Shown here: one piece after another, positions 36,388 through 47,705 of the stretch
How positions within the stretch are numbered: the first letter of the stretch is position 1
How the letters are laid out: each line of letters starts with the position of its first letter
Assembly: GCF_001306135.1 (NCBI RefSeq)
Contig: NZ_LGKP01000040.1
Location: 152,726-216,725 of the forward strand
Length of the DNA stretch: 64,000 nt
Source of the DNA: Herpetosiphon geysericola
Lineage (GTDB): Bacteria > Chloroflexota > Chloroflexia > Chloroflexales > Herpetosiphonaceae
Direction: 5' to 3'
The notes under the pieces: model-generated
The model's input: the letters and a program-made list of their open reading frames with translations, nothing else
What the model was told of the DNA's origin: nothing
Databases searched by the model: none
Made by a program: the position numbers and the translations under genes

Positions 36388-38169
36388 ATGTATCAAATTG
36401 AAACCTTATATTTGCCAGATTCAATCAAAAGCAGTTATCAAAATGTCGAAAGTCAGCCACTTACTCAACTCGATAGCCTTTCAAGGGTTAATATTTTAGT
36501 TGGCGAAAATAATGCAGGTAAAAGTCGGTTTATGCGGTTATTGGCCGAAGAGTCTAATTTTAAACTAAAACATACTAAAATTAATGAATTCAACTACAAA
36601 ATTGAACAAGAAATTAATAGATTAATTGATATATTTGATATTCATGAAGTTGATAGAATTGAGGCAATAACAAGGATTAATATAGAGAATTGTATTCATT
36701 ATCTGAAGGAAATAAATAGTATTTATACAAATCCGAAATATACAACATACAATAATATTTTTAATATTATTGAGACCATAAAAAACGATAATAGAATATC
36801 TTCTATTGCAAATATAATTATAAATCTACTTAATCAAGTACAGATTAAGTTTAATAAAAATATATATATACCTACTCTTCGTAGTTTACGCCCTTTAGAT
36901 AGTGAATATACGGATTTTTATCAAAATCAAACTATTGAGAGTTATTTTAAATCCGCAATTCATAAACCAGAAATTTATACAGGTTTAGGGATATATGCCA
37001 AACTAAGAATTTATCTACTTGGGGATAATGTAAAACGTAAAAAAATCAGAGAATATCAAGAATTTATTTCACATACTTTATTCGAAGACAAAGAAGTAAC
37101 TTTGATTCCGAGAGATGAAGAAAAACATATTTTTGTAAAAATTGGTAATGAAAAAGAACGACCAATTTATGATCTTGGTGATGGAATTCAATCAGCAATC
37201 ATTTTAACCTTTTTGCCATTTGTGAGCCTTGAAAATTGTATTTTCTTTATCGAAGAGCCAGAGCTTTTTCTACACCCAAGTATGCAGCGCAAAATTCTGG
37301 AGTTCTATCACTCGTTGGATCGTCATTTATTTTTTATGACAACTCACTCGAATCACTTGCTTGATATTACGATTGATATTCCTGAGATTTCAATCTATAA
37401 CTTTCGAAAATCACTTACTAGTAGTGATGATGATGAAACACCTCATTTCATTGTTGAAAATGTTGATAACAATCAAACTAGTTCATTAGAATTATTGGGA
37501 GTACGAAATTCATCAGTCTTATTAGTCAATGCCACAATCTGGGTTGAAGGAATAACCGACCGTTGGTATTTACGTGAGATGCTCCAAATGTATATGGAGA
37601 GTCAAAAAGATTTGAAACAGTTTGTTGAAGATATGCATTATATGTTTGTTGAGTATGGCGGTGGAAATATTACTCATTTCTCATTTGTAGATATGGAAGA
37701 TAAACTTATTACAATAGAACGACTATGTGCGAAAGCCTTTGTTATCATTGACCAAGATGGCGATGCTAAATTAAAACGTAAAGAAGAGCTTAAAGCTAAA
37801 CTTGGCGATACTTTACTTATTTTACCTTGTCGGGAAATTGAAAATAGCCTACCATCCGAGGTCATTCGCTCAGTTGTAATTGAATATGAGACATCTATAC
37901 AAAACCCAAACCCCGAAACAAATTCTTTTGTGTATGAGGATTACCAAAATGAATCGTTAGGGGAATTTATCGAAGATCATGTTATAAAAGGTGAGAAACA
38001 TCGTCGAGGTTCTTATAAAGCTGATTCAGGAACTATTACCGATAAACTTGGTTTTTGTACAAAAGCCTTAGCATATTTGAAAAATCTTACATTCGATCAA
38101 CTACCTTCTACAATTCAAAAAGAAATAGAGGGCATATATAAGTTTATTGCAAAGCTGAATCCTAGCTAA
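36388..38169 (+). CDS. OLD-family nuclease (N-terminal ABC-type ATPase plus C-terminal Toprim), standalone
   Basis: Walker A GENNAGKS. ABC signature/Walker B region IEEPELFLHP. H-loop TTHSNH. Toprim WVEGITDRW ... FVIIDQDGD. About 30% GC. Confidence 0.7.
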   Translation: MYQIETLYLPDSIKSSYQNVESQPLTQLDSLSRVNILVGENNAGKSRFMRLLAEESNFKLKHTKINEFNYKIEQEINRLIDIFDIHEVDRIEAITRINIENCIHYLKEINSIYTNPKYTTYNNIFNIIETIKNDNRISSIANIIINLLNQVQIKFNKNIYIPTLRSLRPLDSEYTDFYQNQTIESYFKSAIHKPEIYTGLGIYAKLRIYLLGDNVKRKKIREYQEFISHTLFEDKEVTLIPRDEEKHIFVKIGNEKERPIYDLGDGIQSAIILTFLPFVSLENCIFFIEEPELFLHPSMQRKILEFYHSLDRHLFFMTTHSNHLLDITIDIPEISIYNFRKSLTSSDDDETPHFIVENVDNNQTSSLELLGVRNSSVLLVNATIWVEGITDRWYLREMLQMYMESQKDLKQFVEDMHYMFVEYGGGNITHFSFVDMEDKLITIERLCAKAFVIIDQDGDAKLKRKEELKAKLGDTLLILPCREIENSLPSEVIRSVVIEYETSIQNPNPETNSFVYEDYQNESLGEFIEDHVIKGEKHRRGSYKADSGTITDKLGFCTKALAYLKNLTFDQLPSTIQKEIEGIYKFIAKLNPS

Positions 38170-38181
38170 AGGTCTCACACT

Positions 38182-38718
38182 ATGCAGCAACCTACGTGGC
38201 AGATTAATACTTATCAACAAAGATGGCATGTGCGTTGGCACCCAGCCGATAGCGAGCCAGCAGGCAAAGCTCATGGCTCAGCTGGTATTTGCCTCACGCC
38301 TGAACGCCACATTGTAGTGGTGAGCCAAAATGGGCGTGATTGGGATGTACCAGCTGGCCGCAGCGAGGCGGGCGAATCGTGGGCAGCAACCTTGCAGCGT
38401 GAGGTGGCCGAAGAAGCATGTGCGATAGTTCAAAGTGCCAGCTTATTGGGCTTTTGCCAAAGCCAATGTTTGGACGGGGCAGAACAAGGGCTAATCTTAG
38501 TGCGCGCATTTTGGTTGGCCCACGTTACAATCCAAGCATGGCAGCCTCAATTCGAAATGATCGAACGCCGGATTATTGCTCCAAGCCAAATTTGGAGCTA
38601 CCTACCGCAGGCCTATCTACCAATCTATCGCCATGTATTGCAACTCGCCGCAGAATTCAGCTCGGCAACACAACAATCGCGAAGCTTATTTTCTAGCCCC
38701 GAAGCCCACAAAGGATAG
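38182..38718 (+). CDS. NUDIX hydrolase
   Basis: Nudix box GRSEAGESWAATLQREVAEEAC. Host-like GC. Confidence 0.7.
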   Translation: MQQPTWQINTYQQRWHVRWHPADSEPAGKAHGSAGICLTPERHIVVVSQNGRDWDVPAGRSEAGESWAATLQREVAEEACAIVQSASLLGFCQSQCLDGAEQGLILVRAFWLAHVTIQAWQPQFEMIERRIIAPSQIWSYLPQAYLPIYRHVLQLAAEFSSATQQSRSLFSSPEAHKG

Positions 38719-39060
38719 GAACCGCGAAGAGCGCTAAGGACACGAAGATTATTTTCGCCACGAATTCCACGAATTGCACGAATCTATGATCACTAACCCA
38801 AAGCCACATTCCTCTACACCTCTGCTTAACATTGATCTATGAAGGCTCAGTTTTTAGCCACAGATTGTCACAGATTGTTTTGATTGCTGTTTCCCTAGCC
38901 CATAGCCCAGCCCCCAACAACCGATCCCCATCCCTTCTGACTTCTGACTTCTGACTTTTGATTTGGCATTTCATCCTTCATCCCTCATCCTTCATCCTTT
39001 CAAAATTGCCGCTTGACTCTATAGCATAGTATAGGGTTTATCCTAGGCAACAGAAAGGAA
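38719..39060. repeat. intergenic short-repeat cluster (CCACGAATT, TTTTTAGCCACAGATTG, CTTCTGACTT x3, CATCCTTCATCC)
   Basis: Visible tandem and dispersed words shared with other intergenic regions of the window. Confidence 0.5.
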
Positions 39061-39067
39061 TTGAGCG

Positions 39068-39478
39068 ATGCAAATTGGCCAAGTAGCCCGCCGCTGTGGA
39101 GTAAGTGTCCAAACAGTCCGTTTGTATGAACGCATGAGCTTGATCGAAACCGCCCAACGCCGTGAATCAGGCTATCGCGATTATTCGAGCACAGTCATTG
39201 CGCGAATTTTGGCGATCAAGCAGGGCCAAGCGCTTGGCTTTAGCCTACGCGAGATGGGCATGTTTCTGCAACTCAGCCCACAAACCACAGATCAGCAGTT
39301 GATTGAGCAATTTGTTGGGCAAAAAATTAAGCAAATTGACCAGACGGTTCAACAATTTCAACGCTTGCGCTTGGCGCTCGAAGAATTTGCCACTCGTTCT
39401 GCCGATGACCCGGGTGAATGCCCAGTTATTTATGCCTTGGCCGAGATGGCCTGTGTACAAGGAGTTTCTGATGCGTAG
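39068..39478 (+). CDS. MerR-family transcriptional regulator
   Basis: N-terminal MQIGQVARRCGVSVQTVRLYE MerR HTH. Confidence 0.75.
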   Translation: MQIGQVARRCGVSVQTVRLYERMSLIETAQRRESGYRDYSSTVIARILAIKQGQALGFSLREMGMFLQLSPQTTDQQLIEQFVGQKIKQIDQTVQQFQRLRLALEEFATRSADDPGECPVIYALAEMACVQGVSDA

Positions 39479-39866
39479 AACAACGCAAAGTTTACGTTGG
39501 TTTGGGTGGTATGCGGTTAGTACAGGCTTGTTGGCGGCGCTCGCGCCAAATCTCATTTTGGGGCTTTTTGGCTTGCCAGCAACCAGCGAAGTTTGGCCAC
39601 GGGTGGCGGGCATGCTGATTGGCTTTATCGGCATATTGCACATGAATGTTAGCCCAATCAATCTGCAACGCTATGCCTTAGCGACGGTGGTGTTAAGACT
39701 TAGCGTGCCATTGATCTTTGGTTGGTGGGTGCTGAGCGGGCTTGGCCCATGGCAGCTACTCTTTTTTGCTGGTGCTGATGTAGTTGGAGCGCTGGCGACG
39801 TTGTGGGGCTTGCGGGTTGATCAACAAACGGGCAATCCACGCCAAACTAGCGCAATTGCCCGCTAA
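39472..39866 (+). CDS. small membrane protein
   Basis: About four hydrophobic helices. Start overlaps the MerR stop. Confidence 0.45.
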
Positions 39867-39871
39867 AAAAG

Positions 39872-41134
39872 CTAATCGCGCACGTGACCAGCGCCACGCA
39901 CAATCCATTTATACGAGGTCAATTCGCGCAAGGCCATCGGGCCACGAGCATGCAATTTTTGGGTGCTGATCGCAATTTCAGCGCCCAAACCCAATTGCGA
40001 GCCATCGGTGAAACGAGTTGAAGAATTGGCATAGACCACCGCCGAATCAACTTCATTCAAAAAGCGCTCGATTGCCATTGGATCTTGCGACAAAATCGTT
40101 TCTGAATGGTCGGTTCCATACTGATCAATATGCTCAAGCGCTTGATCAAGCCCATCAACTACCCGCACGGCCAAGATTAATGCAGAAAACTCTTGGCCAA
40201 AATCATCAGGCTGGGCCGCGACTAAATGCCACTCGCTGTTGCCAGCCTCGCGCAAAATCGCCAACGACTCGGGATCGCAGCGCAATTCGACCTTATGCTC
40301 TTGCAAGGCAGCACCCAAGCGCGGCAAGAGTTTGGCGGCAGCACTGCGTTCAATCAACAAGGTTTCAAGCGAATTGCAGACGCTTGGGCGTTGCACCTTC
40401 GCATTAACAATGATTGGCACAACTTGATCGAGCGGCGCAGTATGGTCAACATAGGCATGGCACACGCCAATCCCGCCAGTAATTACCGGAATCGTAGCAG
40501 TTTGGCGGCAAAACGCGTGCAAGCCCGAGCCACCACGCGGAATAATCATATCGACATAACGATCCAAGGTCAGCAAACCACGCACCAATTCACGATCAGG
40601 GTTATCGATCAATTGCAAGGCATCGGCGGGCAAATCGACGCGTTCTAAGGCGCGACGCAAGGCCTGCACCAACGCTGCTGCAGAACGGGTAATTTCCTTG
40701 CCACCACGCAAAATCACCGCGCTGCCAGCTTTGATGCACAAGGCGGCCACATCAGCGGTAACATTGGGCCGCGCCTCGTAGATGACGCCGACCACGCCCA
40801 GCGGCACACGGCGCTTTTCAATGCGCAAGCCATTGGGCAGCACGCCTTGCTCAAAAACCTCGCCAACAGGATCGGGTAACACCGCCACCGTGCGCACATC
40901 GTTGGCAATTGCTTCGAGCCGTTGTTCATTGAGTAATAAACGGTCAAGCAAAGCCGGAGTTAAGCCAGCCTCGCGCCCCAGCCGCATATCAGCAGCGTTA
41001 GCCGAAAGAATCGATTCGCGATCAAGGCTTAGTTCTTCGGCCATCGCCTCGACGGCTGCATTGCGTTGGGCCGTAGTTGTGCGGGCCAATAATCGGGCTG
41101 CCAGCTTTGCGCGCTGACCCATTGCCTCAAGCAT
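39872..41134 (-). CDS. proA: gamma-glutamyl phosphate reductase
   Basis: Aldehyde dehydrogenase fold with ProA-specific segments ([15 protein letters not shown]). Confidence 0.9.
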   Translation of the reverse strand: MLEAMGQRAKLAARLLARTTTAQRNAAVEAMAEELSLDRESILSANAADMRLGREAGLTPALLDRLLLNEQRLEAIANDVRTVAVLPDPVGEVFEQGVLPNGLRIEKRRVPLGVVGVIYEARPNVTADVAALCIKAGSAVILRGGKEITRSAAALVQALRRALERVDLPADALQLIDNPDRELVRGLLTLDRYVDMIIPRGGSGLHAFCRQTATIPVITGGIGVCHAYVDHTAPLDQVVPIIVNAKVQRPSVCNSLETLLIERSAAAKLLPRLGAALQEHKVELRCDPESLAILREAGNSEWHLVAAQPDDFGQEFSALILAVRVVDGLDQALEHIDQYGTDHSETILSQDPMAIERFLNEVDSAVVYANSSTRFTDGSQLGLGAEIAISTQKLHARGPMALRELTSYKWIVRGAGHVRD

Positions 41135-41158
41135 TGTACACTCCTCATTGACTAGCCA

Positions 41159-41854
41159 TCATAACTCGCCGAGTGGTGCTGCTGGATGATCTTCGCCTTC
41201 GAGATCGCCTTCGAGTTGCCAGCGAACTGCTGCATGCAAATGTACAGCATCGTTGTAGCCACCCAAAAACCAGCGCACCTGCCCACCCCGCTGATGCTGA
41301 TACCAATGAGTCAAGGATGTATTGGTCACTTCTAGGTCAACATTCGGTTGCTCGCTGCGGGTATGTGGCCAAAAATAGCTTAATGATGATTCTATCACCC
41401 AACCATGGCAAACAATTACAATCGTTGCATCAGGATTTGCCTTCAGCACTCGTTCGAAATTGGTGTGAGTTCGTAGGCAAAAGCTTTGCCATGTCTCGCC
41501 ACCTGGTGATAAGGGCTTACGCAAATCAAAATCAAATTTGCCATAGCGTTGATTATATTCTTTCCAGCTTAGGCCATCGGCCTCGCCAACATTGAACTCG
41601 CAAAATGTCTCATCATAAATCAAGGGTTGGGCAAACGCAGGCGCAATAATCTCGGCGGTTTGCATTGCCCGTGGCATCGTACTACAAATAAACAGATCGG
41701 GCACGATTTCGCGGGTCGCAATCAGCCGATCGCGCAAATGTTCAGCTTGTTGCACGCCCAAATCGGTCAAGCCCCGATCGCCTTTGATGCCACCAATAAT
41801 TGGCTCGACATTCACCACAGCCTGCCCATGGCGTATCAAATACAGTTTAGCCAT
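41159..41854 (-). CDS. histidine phosphatase family protein (PGM-like)
   Basis: N-terminal LYLIRHGQ (RHG catalytic motif). Confidence 0.7.
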   Translation of the reverse strand: MAKLYLIRHGQAVVNVEPIIGGIKGDRGLTDLGVQQAEHLRDRLIATREIVPDLFICSTMPRAMQTAEIIAPAFAQPLIYDETFCEFNVGEADGLSWKEYNQRYGKFDFDLRKPLSPGGETWQSFCLRTHTNFERVLKANPDATIVIVCHGWVIESSLSYFWPHTRSEQPNVDLEVTNTSLTHWYQHQRGGQVRWFLGGYNDAVHLHAAVRWQLEGDLEGEDHPAAPLGEL

Positions 41855-41859
41855 AAAAC

Positions 41860-42072
41860 CCCACATAGAAAGGCAGAAGTCAAAAATCAAAAGTCAAAAT
41901 GGCCTTTGCTATTAAACATAAAGCCAATCAGCATCCCAAATGAACTCAGAAGTCAAAAATCAAAAGTCAAAATAACGTATCGGTTGCTATTCAGTTAGCG
42001 GTAATCCTATCAACATTTTGAGAAATATCAAAGGACTAAGCATTTTTGCCTTTTGATTTCTGCCCTTTGACT
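41860..42072. repeat. intergenic short-repeat cluster (AGTCAAAA(A)TCAAA, TTTTGCCTTTTGATTTCTGCCCTTTGACTT)
   Basis: Visible repeated words, same family as elsewhere. Confidence 0.4.
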
Positions 42073-43167
42073 TTAAAAGGCTACCATATCATCGCGGTGA
42101 ATCACTTCATCGCCGTAGGAATAGCCGAGAATATGTTCGATGTCGCTGGTACGTGAGCCTTTGATTTGAGCAACTTCATGGGCGGCATATTGGCATAAAC
42201 CACAGGCAATCGCCTGCCCATCGGGCGCGACAATCGCCACGGTCTGGCCACGGCGCCACTCGCCCTCGACCGCCACAATTCCTGCTGGCAACAGGCTGCG
42301 GCCTTGCTGAGTGAGGGCTTGCACCGCCCCAGCATCAACCGCAATATGCGCTTGGCGCACGCGCTCGGCCATAATCCAACGCTTGCGGCTCTCTAGGCGC
42401 GTACTCACAGGCCGAAAGCGCGTGCCAACATTCTCGCCAGCAGCTAAGCGCAACAGCACATCAGGCTCGTTGCCAGCAGCAATGATCATGCTTGTGCCAG
42501 CCCTGGTGGCCAATTCGGCAGCCTGAATTTTGGTAGCCATGCCACCAGTGCCTCGATGCGAGCCAGCCGCCCCAGCCAAGGCATAGATTTGTTCAGTAAC
42601 CGCCGCCACATCGTCAATTAACTGGGCTTCGGGGTTATGGCGCGGATCAGCGCTATACAAGCCAGCAATATCGCTCAAAATAACCAAAAGCTGAGCGTCG
42701 ACCAAATTTGCCACCAACGCTGAAAGTGTATCATTATCGCCAACCCGAATCTCATCAACCGCCACCGCATCGTTTTCGTTGATAATCGGCAGCACGCCAA
42801 TTTCCAAGCAGGTTAATAAGGTTGCTCGGGCATTGAGGTAGCGCACCCGATCGCGCAAATCAGCGCGGGTCAGCAGGGTTTGGGCAACTGGCACATCGTA
42901 AATTTCAAATAATTGGCCATAAATGTGCATTAATCGGCCTTGCCCAACCGCCGCCAAGGCCTGTTTGTGGGTCAATTCGCGTCGCCGTTTGGGAAAACCC
43001 AAGCGCTCCCAGCCAGCCAAAACCGCCCCCGAGGAAACCAACACAACGTCGTGGCCAGCAGCGCGCAATTGGGCCATCTGGCGCGCCAAATCGACCATGC
43101 GCGGGCGATGCAAACGGTCGGTGCCATCGGTCAAAACGCTGGTGCCAAGTTTAATTACAATTCGCAT
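42073..43167 (-). CDS. proB: glutamate 5-kinase
   Basis: Amino-acid kinase fold plus C-terminal PUA. Start MRIVIKLGTSVLT. Confidence 0.9.
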   Translation of the reverse strand: MRIVIKLGTSVLTDGTDRLHRPRMVDLARQMAQLRAAGHDVVLVSSGAVLAGWERLGFPKRRRELTHKQALAAVGQGRLMHIYGQLFEIYDVPVAQTLLTRADLRDRVRYLNARATLLTCLEIGVLPIINENDAVAVDEIRVGDNDTLSALVANLVDAQLLVILSDIAGLYSADPRHNPEAQLIDDVAAVTEQIYALAGAAGSHRGTGGMATKIQAAELATRAGTSMIIAAGNEPDVLLRLAAGENVGTRFRPVSTRLESRKRWIMAERVRQAHIAVDAGAVQALTQQGRSLLPAGIVAVEGEWRRGQTVAIVAPDGQAIACGLCQYAAHEVAQIKGSRTSDIEHILGYSYGDEVIHRDDMVAF

Positions 43168-43199
43168 AGCAAGCTCTATTCATCAAGATACCTATAAAA

Positions 43200-43540
43200 G
43201 CTATTTTAACGCCTAGCGTCAAATTGATTTTCACCAAACCCTAAAAAAAGCTGCATTTTGAAACCACGAAGCGCACGAAGGATAAGTTTTTAGCCACGAA
43301 TTCCACGAATTCCACAAATGATCATTCTTTGAGCCACAGATTGCACAGATTATATTAATTCACTTCTTGCTCGCCCTAAGCCAAGAGCCCAAAGCTATAT
43401 TTTTAGCCACAGATTGCACAGATTTGCTTGATTATATTTCGATATTCAATCATTTCATCGCTCATAATGCATCCTTCATCTTTGGTTTCTGCCTTTTGAT
43501 TTTTGACTTCTGAATTTGCTCTATGCTCTATGTTCTATGT
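43200..43540. repeat. intergenic short-repeat cluster (CACGAAG, CCACGAATTCCACGAATTCCACAAAT, TTTTTAGCCACAGATTGCACAGATT x2, CTATGCTCTATGTTCTATGTTC)
   Basis: Visible repeated words. Confidence 0.5.
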
Positions 43541-43544
43541 TCTT

Positions 43545-43595
43545 AAACGTTTGTAGGCCGTGGAGCATCAACACTCCACAGCCTACAAACGTTTA
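43545..43595. terminator. 21-bp near-perfect palindrome hairpin downstream of secA
   Basis: AAACGTTTGTAGGCCGTGGAG ... CTCCACAGCCTACAAACGTTT with 1 mismatch. Confidence 0.55.
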
Positions 43596-43611
43596 CAGTT
43601 ATGTCAAATGA

Positions 43612-46600
43612 TTATTTTTTACCAACAGCTTGGGCATGGGTATGTTTGACCGCCAAAATTGCTTCAAGCTCGGCTTCTTTGCCTGGCAAGCCATGGCATG
43701 CTTTGAACTTCTTGCCGCTATCGCACGGGCAAGGGTCATTGCGTCCGATTTTGATAATAATTCGGCGGGCGGGAGCAGCTTGACCAGCAGCATTGCTGAC
43801 GCGGCGTGCAGCGCCACCAACACCCCGTTTGGCTGGCTTGGGTGCTTCTTCAGTGGCGTTTTCTGAGCCACCAGCAGTTTGGGCCATTGCCAAACGAGCT
43901 TCCATTTCTAGCTCAACTTGGCGCAAGCGCACTTGCCAGTTGGCAGCATCGGTGAAGAAGTTGTAGACAATCCGGTTTTGAATATTGCCTTTGAGTTCAT
44001 CGAACATCTTATAGGCTTCGCGTTTGAAGGCCACCAACGGATCTTGTTGGGCAATCGCGACGTTGCCAATCCCTTGGCGCAATTCATCAACCGCCGTCAG
44101 ATAATCGATCCATTCGCGATCGATTGCGCCGAGCATTTCTTGGCGCTCGAAGTGGGCAAAGAAGGCTTCTGGGCCGCTAACCCCAGGAATTGGCTGCACG
44201 CCACGTTGCAACAAACCAGTGTATTGAGTTGCTAACTCTTGACCTAAGCGATTGTAGGCTTCTTCAACAACTTCGGTGGCAATTTCGCCAATTTCATCAG
44301 CTTGGCGGCCTTTGAAACGAGCAGCCAATTCAGCTTCTTGAGCCTTGAGTTGGGGCACAATCGCATACAACTGGCGCAAGAAGCCTTCCATATCTGGCTG
44401 ATCAAGCTCTTTGTTATCAAGGAAGTCTTCGACATGGGCTTCGATTTCATCAACCACCATTTCAAGGATGCGGTCGCCCATATCTTCGCCACCAAGGATT
44501 GCATGGCGATCGGCGTAGATAACTTCGCGTTGTTTGTTCACCACGTCGTCGTATTCGACCACATGTTTACGGACATCGAAGTTATAGCCTTCAACCCGCG
44601 TTTGCGCGCTTTCGATTGCTTTATCGAGCAAGCCCGATTCGAGTGGCAATTCTTCCTCGCCATCAGACATGCGTTCCATTAAGCGCTTGATTGTGTCGAT
44701 GCGTCCGAAGCGGGTCATCAACTCGTCTTCAAGCGAGATGAAGAAGCGCGATGAGCCAGGGTCGCCTTGACGGCCAGCTCGACCACGCAACTGATTGTCA
44801 ATCCGGCGGGCTTCGTGGCGCTCAGTACCGATGATATGCAAGCCGCCAGCATCCATCACCGCTTTGCGTTCTGCTTCCACATCAGCTTTGGCTTTGGCAG
44901 TTGCTTCGGCTAATTGCTCAGGCGTAGCTTCGGTGATGGTTGTGCCAAGCGCTTTAAGATGCTCCTCGACCAAACCATCGGGATTGCCACCAAGCAAAAT
45001 GTCGGTACCGCGACCAGCCATATTCGTTGCAATCGTAATTGCGCCAGTGCGGCCAGCTTGGGCCACAATATACGCTTCACGTTCGTGTTGCTTAGCGTTC
45101 AAGAGATAATGTTCAAGCCCTGATTGATTCAGCAAATTGCTGACAATTTCTGAGCTTTCAACCGAGGTTGTACCTACCAAGACTGGACGGCCAAGCTCGT
45201 GCATCTCTTTGATTTCGCGCAACACGGCGTTATATTTGGCTTTTTGGCTAGCATAAATATGGTCGCGATAATCTTCACGAATGACTTGGCGGTTGGTTGG
45301 GATAATCACCACTTCCAAATTGTAGATTTTGCTAAATTCTTCTGCTTCGGTGATTGCCGTCCCCGTCATACCGCCAAGTTTGTTGTACATGCGGAAGTAG
45401 TTTTGAAAGGTAATCGTTGCCAAGGTGACGTTTTCGCGCCGTACCTCGACCGATTCTTTGGCCTCAACCGCTTGGTGCAAGCCATCCGACCAGCGCCGAC
45501 CAGGCATCGTCCGGCCAGTAAACTCATCGACAATCACGACTTCGCCATTTTGCACCACATAATCAACATCACGGTGGAAAACGTATTCGGCTTTGAGCGC
45601 GTTTTCCAAGTAGTGGGTTAATTCGAAGTTTTTGGCATCGTACATGTTCTCGCCTTCGGGCAAGTTGAGGCGTTTTTCCATCACCTCTAAGCCCGATTCG
45701 GTTAAGGTAATTGAGCGCGATTTTTCGTCGATCCAGTAATCGCCGTCGAAATCGTCTTTCAAGCCTTTGCGCACTTCATCAGGCGAGATGCTTGAGCGCT
45801 TGAGGCCACGCACCAATGAAGAAAAACGGCGATAGTTATCGCTGGATTCTTGGGCTGGGCCGGAGATAATCAACGGAGTTCGGGCTTCGTCGATCAAAAT
45901 ATTATCAACTTCGTCGACAATCGCATAGTGCAATTCACGCTGCACACATTGATCTTTGTGCTGCACCATGTTATCGCGCAGATAATCGAAGCCATATTCG
46001 TTGTTCGTGCCGTAGGTCATATCGGCCATATAGGCTTCGCGACGTGAGCAAGGCCGCCAGTGGACCAAACGGCTATCATCTTGCTTGGCGTTGGGATCGA
46101 TATAATTGGGGTCGTAAATTGCTGAATAATCGTGGGCGATATAGCCAGTGCTCATGCCAAGGCTATGGAAAATTGGCCCCATCCAACCACCACCAACTTT
46201 GGCGAGGTAGTCGTTGACCGTGACTAAGTGTGCGCCACGGCCTGGAATTGCATTGAGAAACAAGGGCAAGGAAGCCACAAGGGTTTTACCTTCACCAGTT
46301 TTCATTTCCGCAATTCGGCCTTCGTGCAGCACAATCCCGCCGATCATCTGGACATCGTAGTGACGTTGGCCAATGACCCTGCTTGAGGCTTCGCGCACGA
46401 GGGCAAACGCTTCGGGCAACAATTCATCAAGTGCTGAATCTTCGATAATCCGTAATTCTTTTTGATACTCTTTTTCGACGGTTGAATCGTGGCGATTTTC
46501 GTCAGCGTAGCGATCGTCGAGCGCTTCACGATCCGCTTTGGTAAGCTCTGCGAACCGTGTGCGTAATTCAGCCGTTTTTTCACGGAGTTGTTCATCGCTA

Positions 46601-46710
46601 AGAGCCTTGAATGTTGGCTCAAGGGCATTAATTTCATCTAAGGTTGGCTGCATTTTCTTCACAACCTTAGCGTTGGGGTCGCCCAGTAGTTTCCCAAGCC
46701 ATTTAAACAT
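43612..46710 (-). CDS. secA: preprotein translocase ATPase SecA
   Basis: DEAD-like motor and SecA-specific segments. C-terminal zinc-binding [14 protein letters not shown]. Start [10 protein letters not shown]. Confidence 0.95.
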   Translation of the reverse strand: MFKWLGKLLGDPNAKVVKKMQPTLDEINALEPTFKALSDEQLREKTAELRTRFAELTKADREALDDRYADENRHDSTVEKEYQKELRIIEDSALDELLPEAFALVREASSRVIGQRHYDVQMIGGIVLHEGRIAEMKTGEGKTLVASLPLFLNAIPGRGAHLVTVNDYLAKVGGGWMGPIFHSLGMSTGYIAHDYSAIYDPNYIDPNAKQDDSRLVHWRPCSRREAYMADMTYGTNNEYGFDYLRDNMVQHKDQCVQRELHYAIVDEVDNILIDEARTPLIISGPAQESSDNYRRFSSLVRGLKRSSISPDEVRKGLKDDFDGDYWIDEKSRSITLTESGLEVMEKRLNLPEGENMYDAKNFELTHYLENALKAEYVFHRDVDYVVQNGEVVIVDEFTGRTMPGRRWSDGLHQAVEAKESVEVRRENVTLATITFQNYFRMYNKLGGMTGTAITEAEEFSKIYNLEVVIIPTNRQVIREDYRDHIYASQKAKYNAVLREIKEMHELGRPVLVGTTSVESSEIVSNLLNQSGLEHYLLNAKQHEREAYIVAQAGRTGAITIATNMAGRGTDILLGGNPDGLVEEHLKALGTTITEATPEQLAEATAKAKADVEAERKAVMDAGGLHIIGTERHEARRIDNQLRGRAGRQGDPGSSRFFISLEDELMTRFGRIDTIKRLMERMSDGEEELPLESGLLDKAIESAQTRVEGYNFDVRKHVVEYDDVVNKQREVIYADRHAILGGEDMGDRILEMVVDEIEAHVEDFLDNKELDQPDMEGFLRQLYAIVPQLKAQEAELAARFKGRQADEIGEIATEVVEEAYNRLGQELATQYTGLLQRGVQPIPGVSGPEAFFAHFERQEMLGAIDREWIDYLTAVDELRQGIGNVAIAQQDPLVAFKREAYKMFDELKGNIQNRIVYNFFTDAANWQVRLRQVELEMEARLAMAQTAGGSENATEEAPKPAKRGVGGAARRVSNAAGQAAPARRIIIKIGRNDPCPCDSGKKFKACHGLPGKEAELEAILAVKHTHAQAVGKK

Positions 46711-46814
46711 GTGGTACCTCGTGGTGTCTGAATATCGGCAGCACGGCTGCATCGCTAGATTATACCACGCAGCTTTGGCGCTTTGAATGGCTTAAAAGCT
46801 GCTTAAACGAAATG

Positions 46815-47402
46815 TTAACGCACTGCCAATAATCGTCGATCTTCGCGATTAAGCAGCTGTTGAAACTTACCAAGAAAGCGTCCGAGCTGGGGATCGCTGC
46901 GTTCCAACGGTACGTCAGCAAGCGCAAACCAACGAATTTGGGCGAATTCAGCCTGATCGTAATGCAATGCTTGTTGCGAATCGGCCTGCACCACATACCA
47001 CAACGAAACATCAATATGGCCTGCGGTCAGGCCAACGGTTTCAGTTACGGTAATAAAGCATGGCTCCGGCCAATAAAACTGCGCTTCAATCCCCAATTCT
47101 TCGTAGATTTCGCGGCTGACGGTGCTGGCTGGATGTTCATCTGGCTCAACATGACCACCGCAAGGCAACCACAACTGAGCATTACGATGATCAACCAATA
47201 ATATCTGGGCGGTCGCAGGATCATAGACCACAATATAAGAAACTAAGTGCATCGAGGGCGTAGCAGGCTTGGCGGTTCGAAACAACGGCGCATCACTATC
47301 GATCCAGGCCAAGGTTTCGTTACAATCTGCTTGCTCGCGTAAATCCAAGGGGGCAATTTGGGTCACTAAACTACGAATCGTCGAACGCATAACTTCCTCC
47401 AA
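46815..47402 (-). CDS. NUDIX hydrolase
   Basis: Nudix box GGHVEPDEHPASTVSREIYEELG. Confidence 0.65.
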   Translation of the reverse strand: MEEVMRSTIRSLVTQIAPLDLREQADCNETLAWIDSDAPLFRTAKPATPSMHLVSYIVVYDPATAQILLVDHRNAQLWLPCGGHVEPDEHPASTVSREIYEELGIEAQFYWPEPCFITVTETVGLTAGHIDVSLWYVVQADSQQALHYDQAEFAQIRWFALADVPLERSDPQLGRFLGKFQQLLNREDRRLLAVR

Positions 47403-47700
47403 CTATCAATTCTCGGTTTGAACCACGAACGACACGAAGAACGGAAACCACGAAGGACACGAAGAGCATGAAGACTGTTTTTAGCCGCAGATGCTTATGT
47501 TCTCAGCTCTCTGTTCTTGAATTCATCCCTCATAATTCATAATCCATCCTTCGGTTGCTCTGCGCCTCTGCGTTAAAATCCGATCCCCAATTTTTAGCCA
47601 CAGATTGCACAGATTGGCTCACATTATTATGTTCCCATAGCCAATAGCCAACAGCCCATAGCCATCCTTTTCTATGTTCTCTGCTCTCTGTTCTATGTTC
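47403..47700. repeat. intergenic short-repeat cluster (ACACGAAGA x5, TTTTTAGCC(A/G)CAGAT x2, CATCCCTCATAATTCATAATCCATCC, CTATGTTCTCTGCTCTCTGTTCTATGTTCTC)
   Basis: Visible repeated words. Confidence 0.5.
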
Positions 47701-47705
47701 TCGTT

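Noticed and set aside
36388-38169. Gabija (GajA/GajB) or PARIS (AriA/AriB) system
   Set aside because: No UvrD-like helicase or DUF4435 partner gene follows. The Toprim is fused in the same 593-aa protein, and the next gene is a NUDIX hydrolase.
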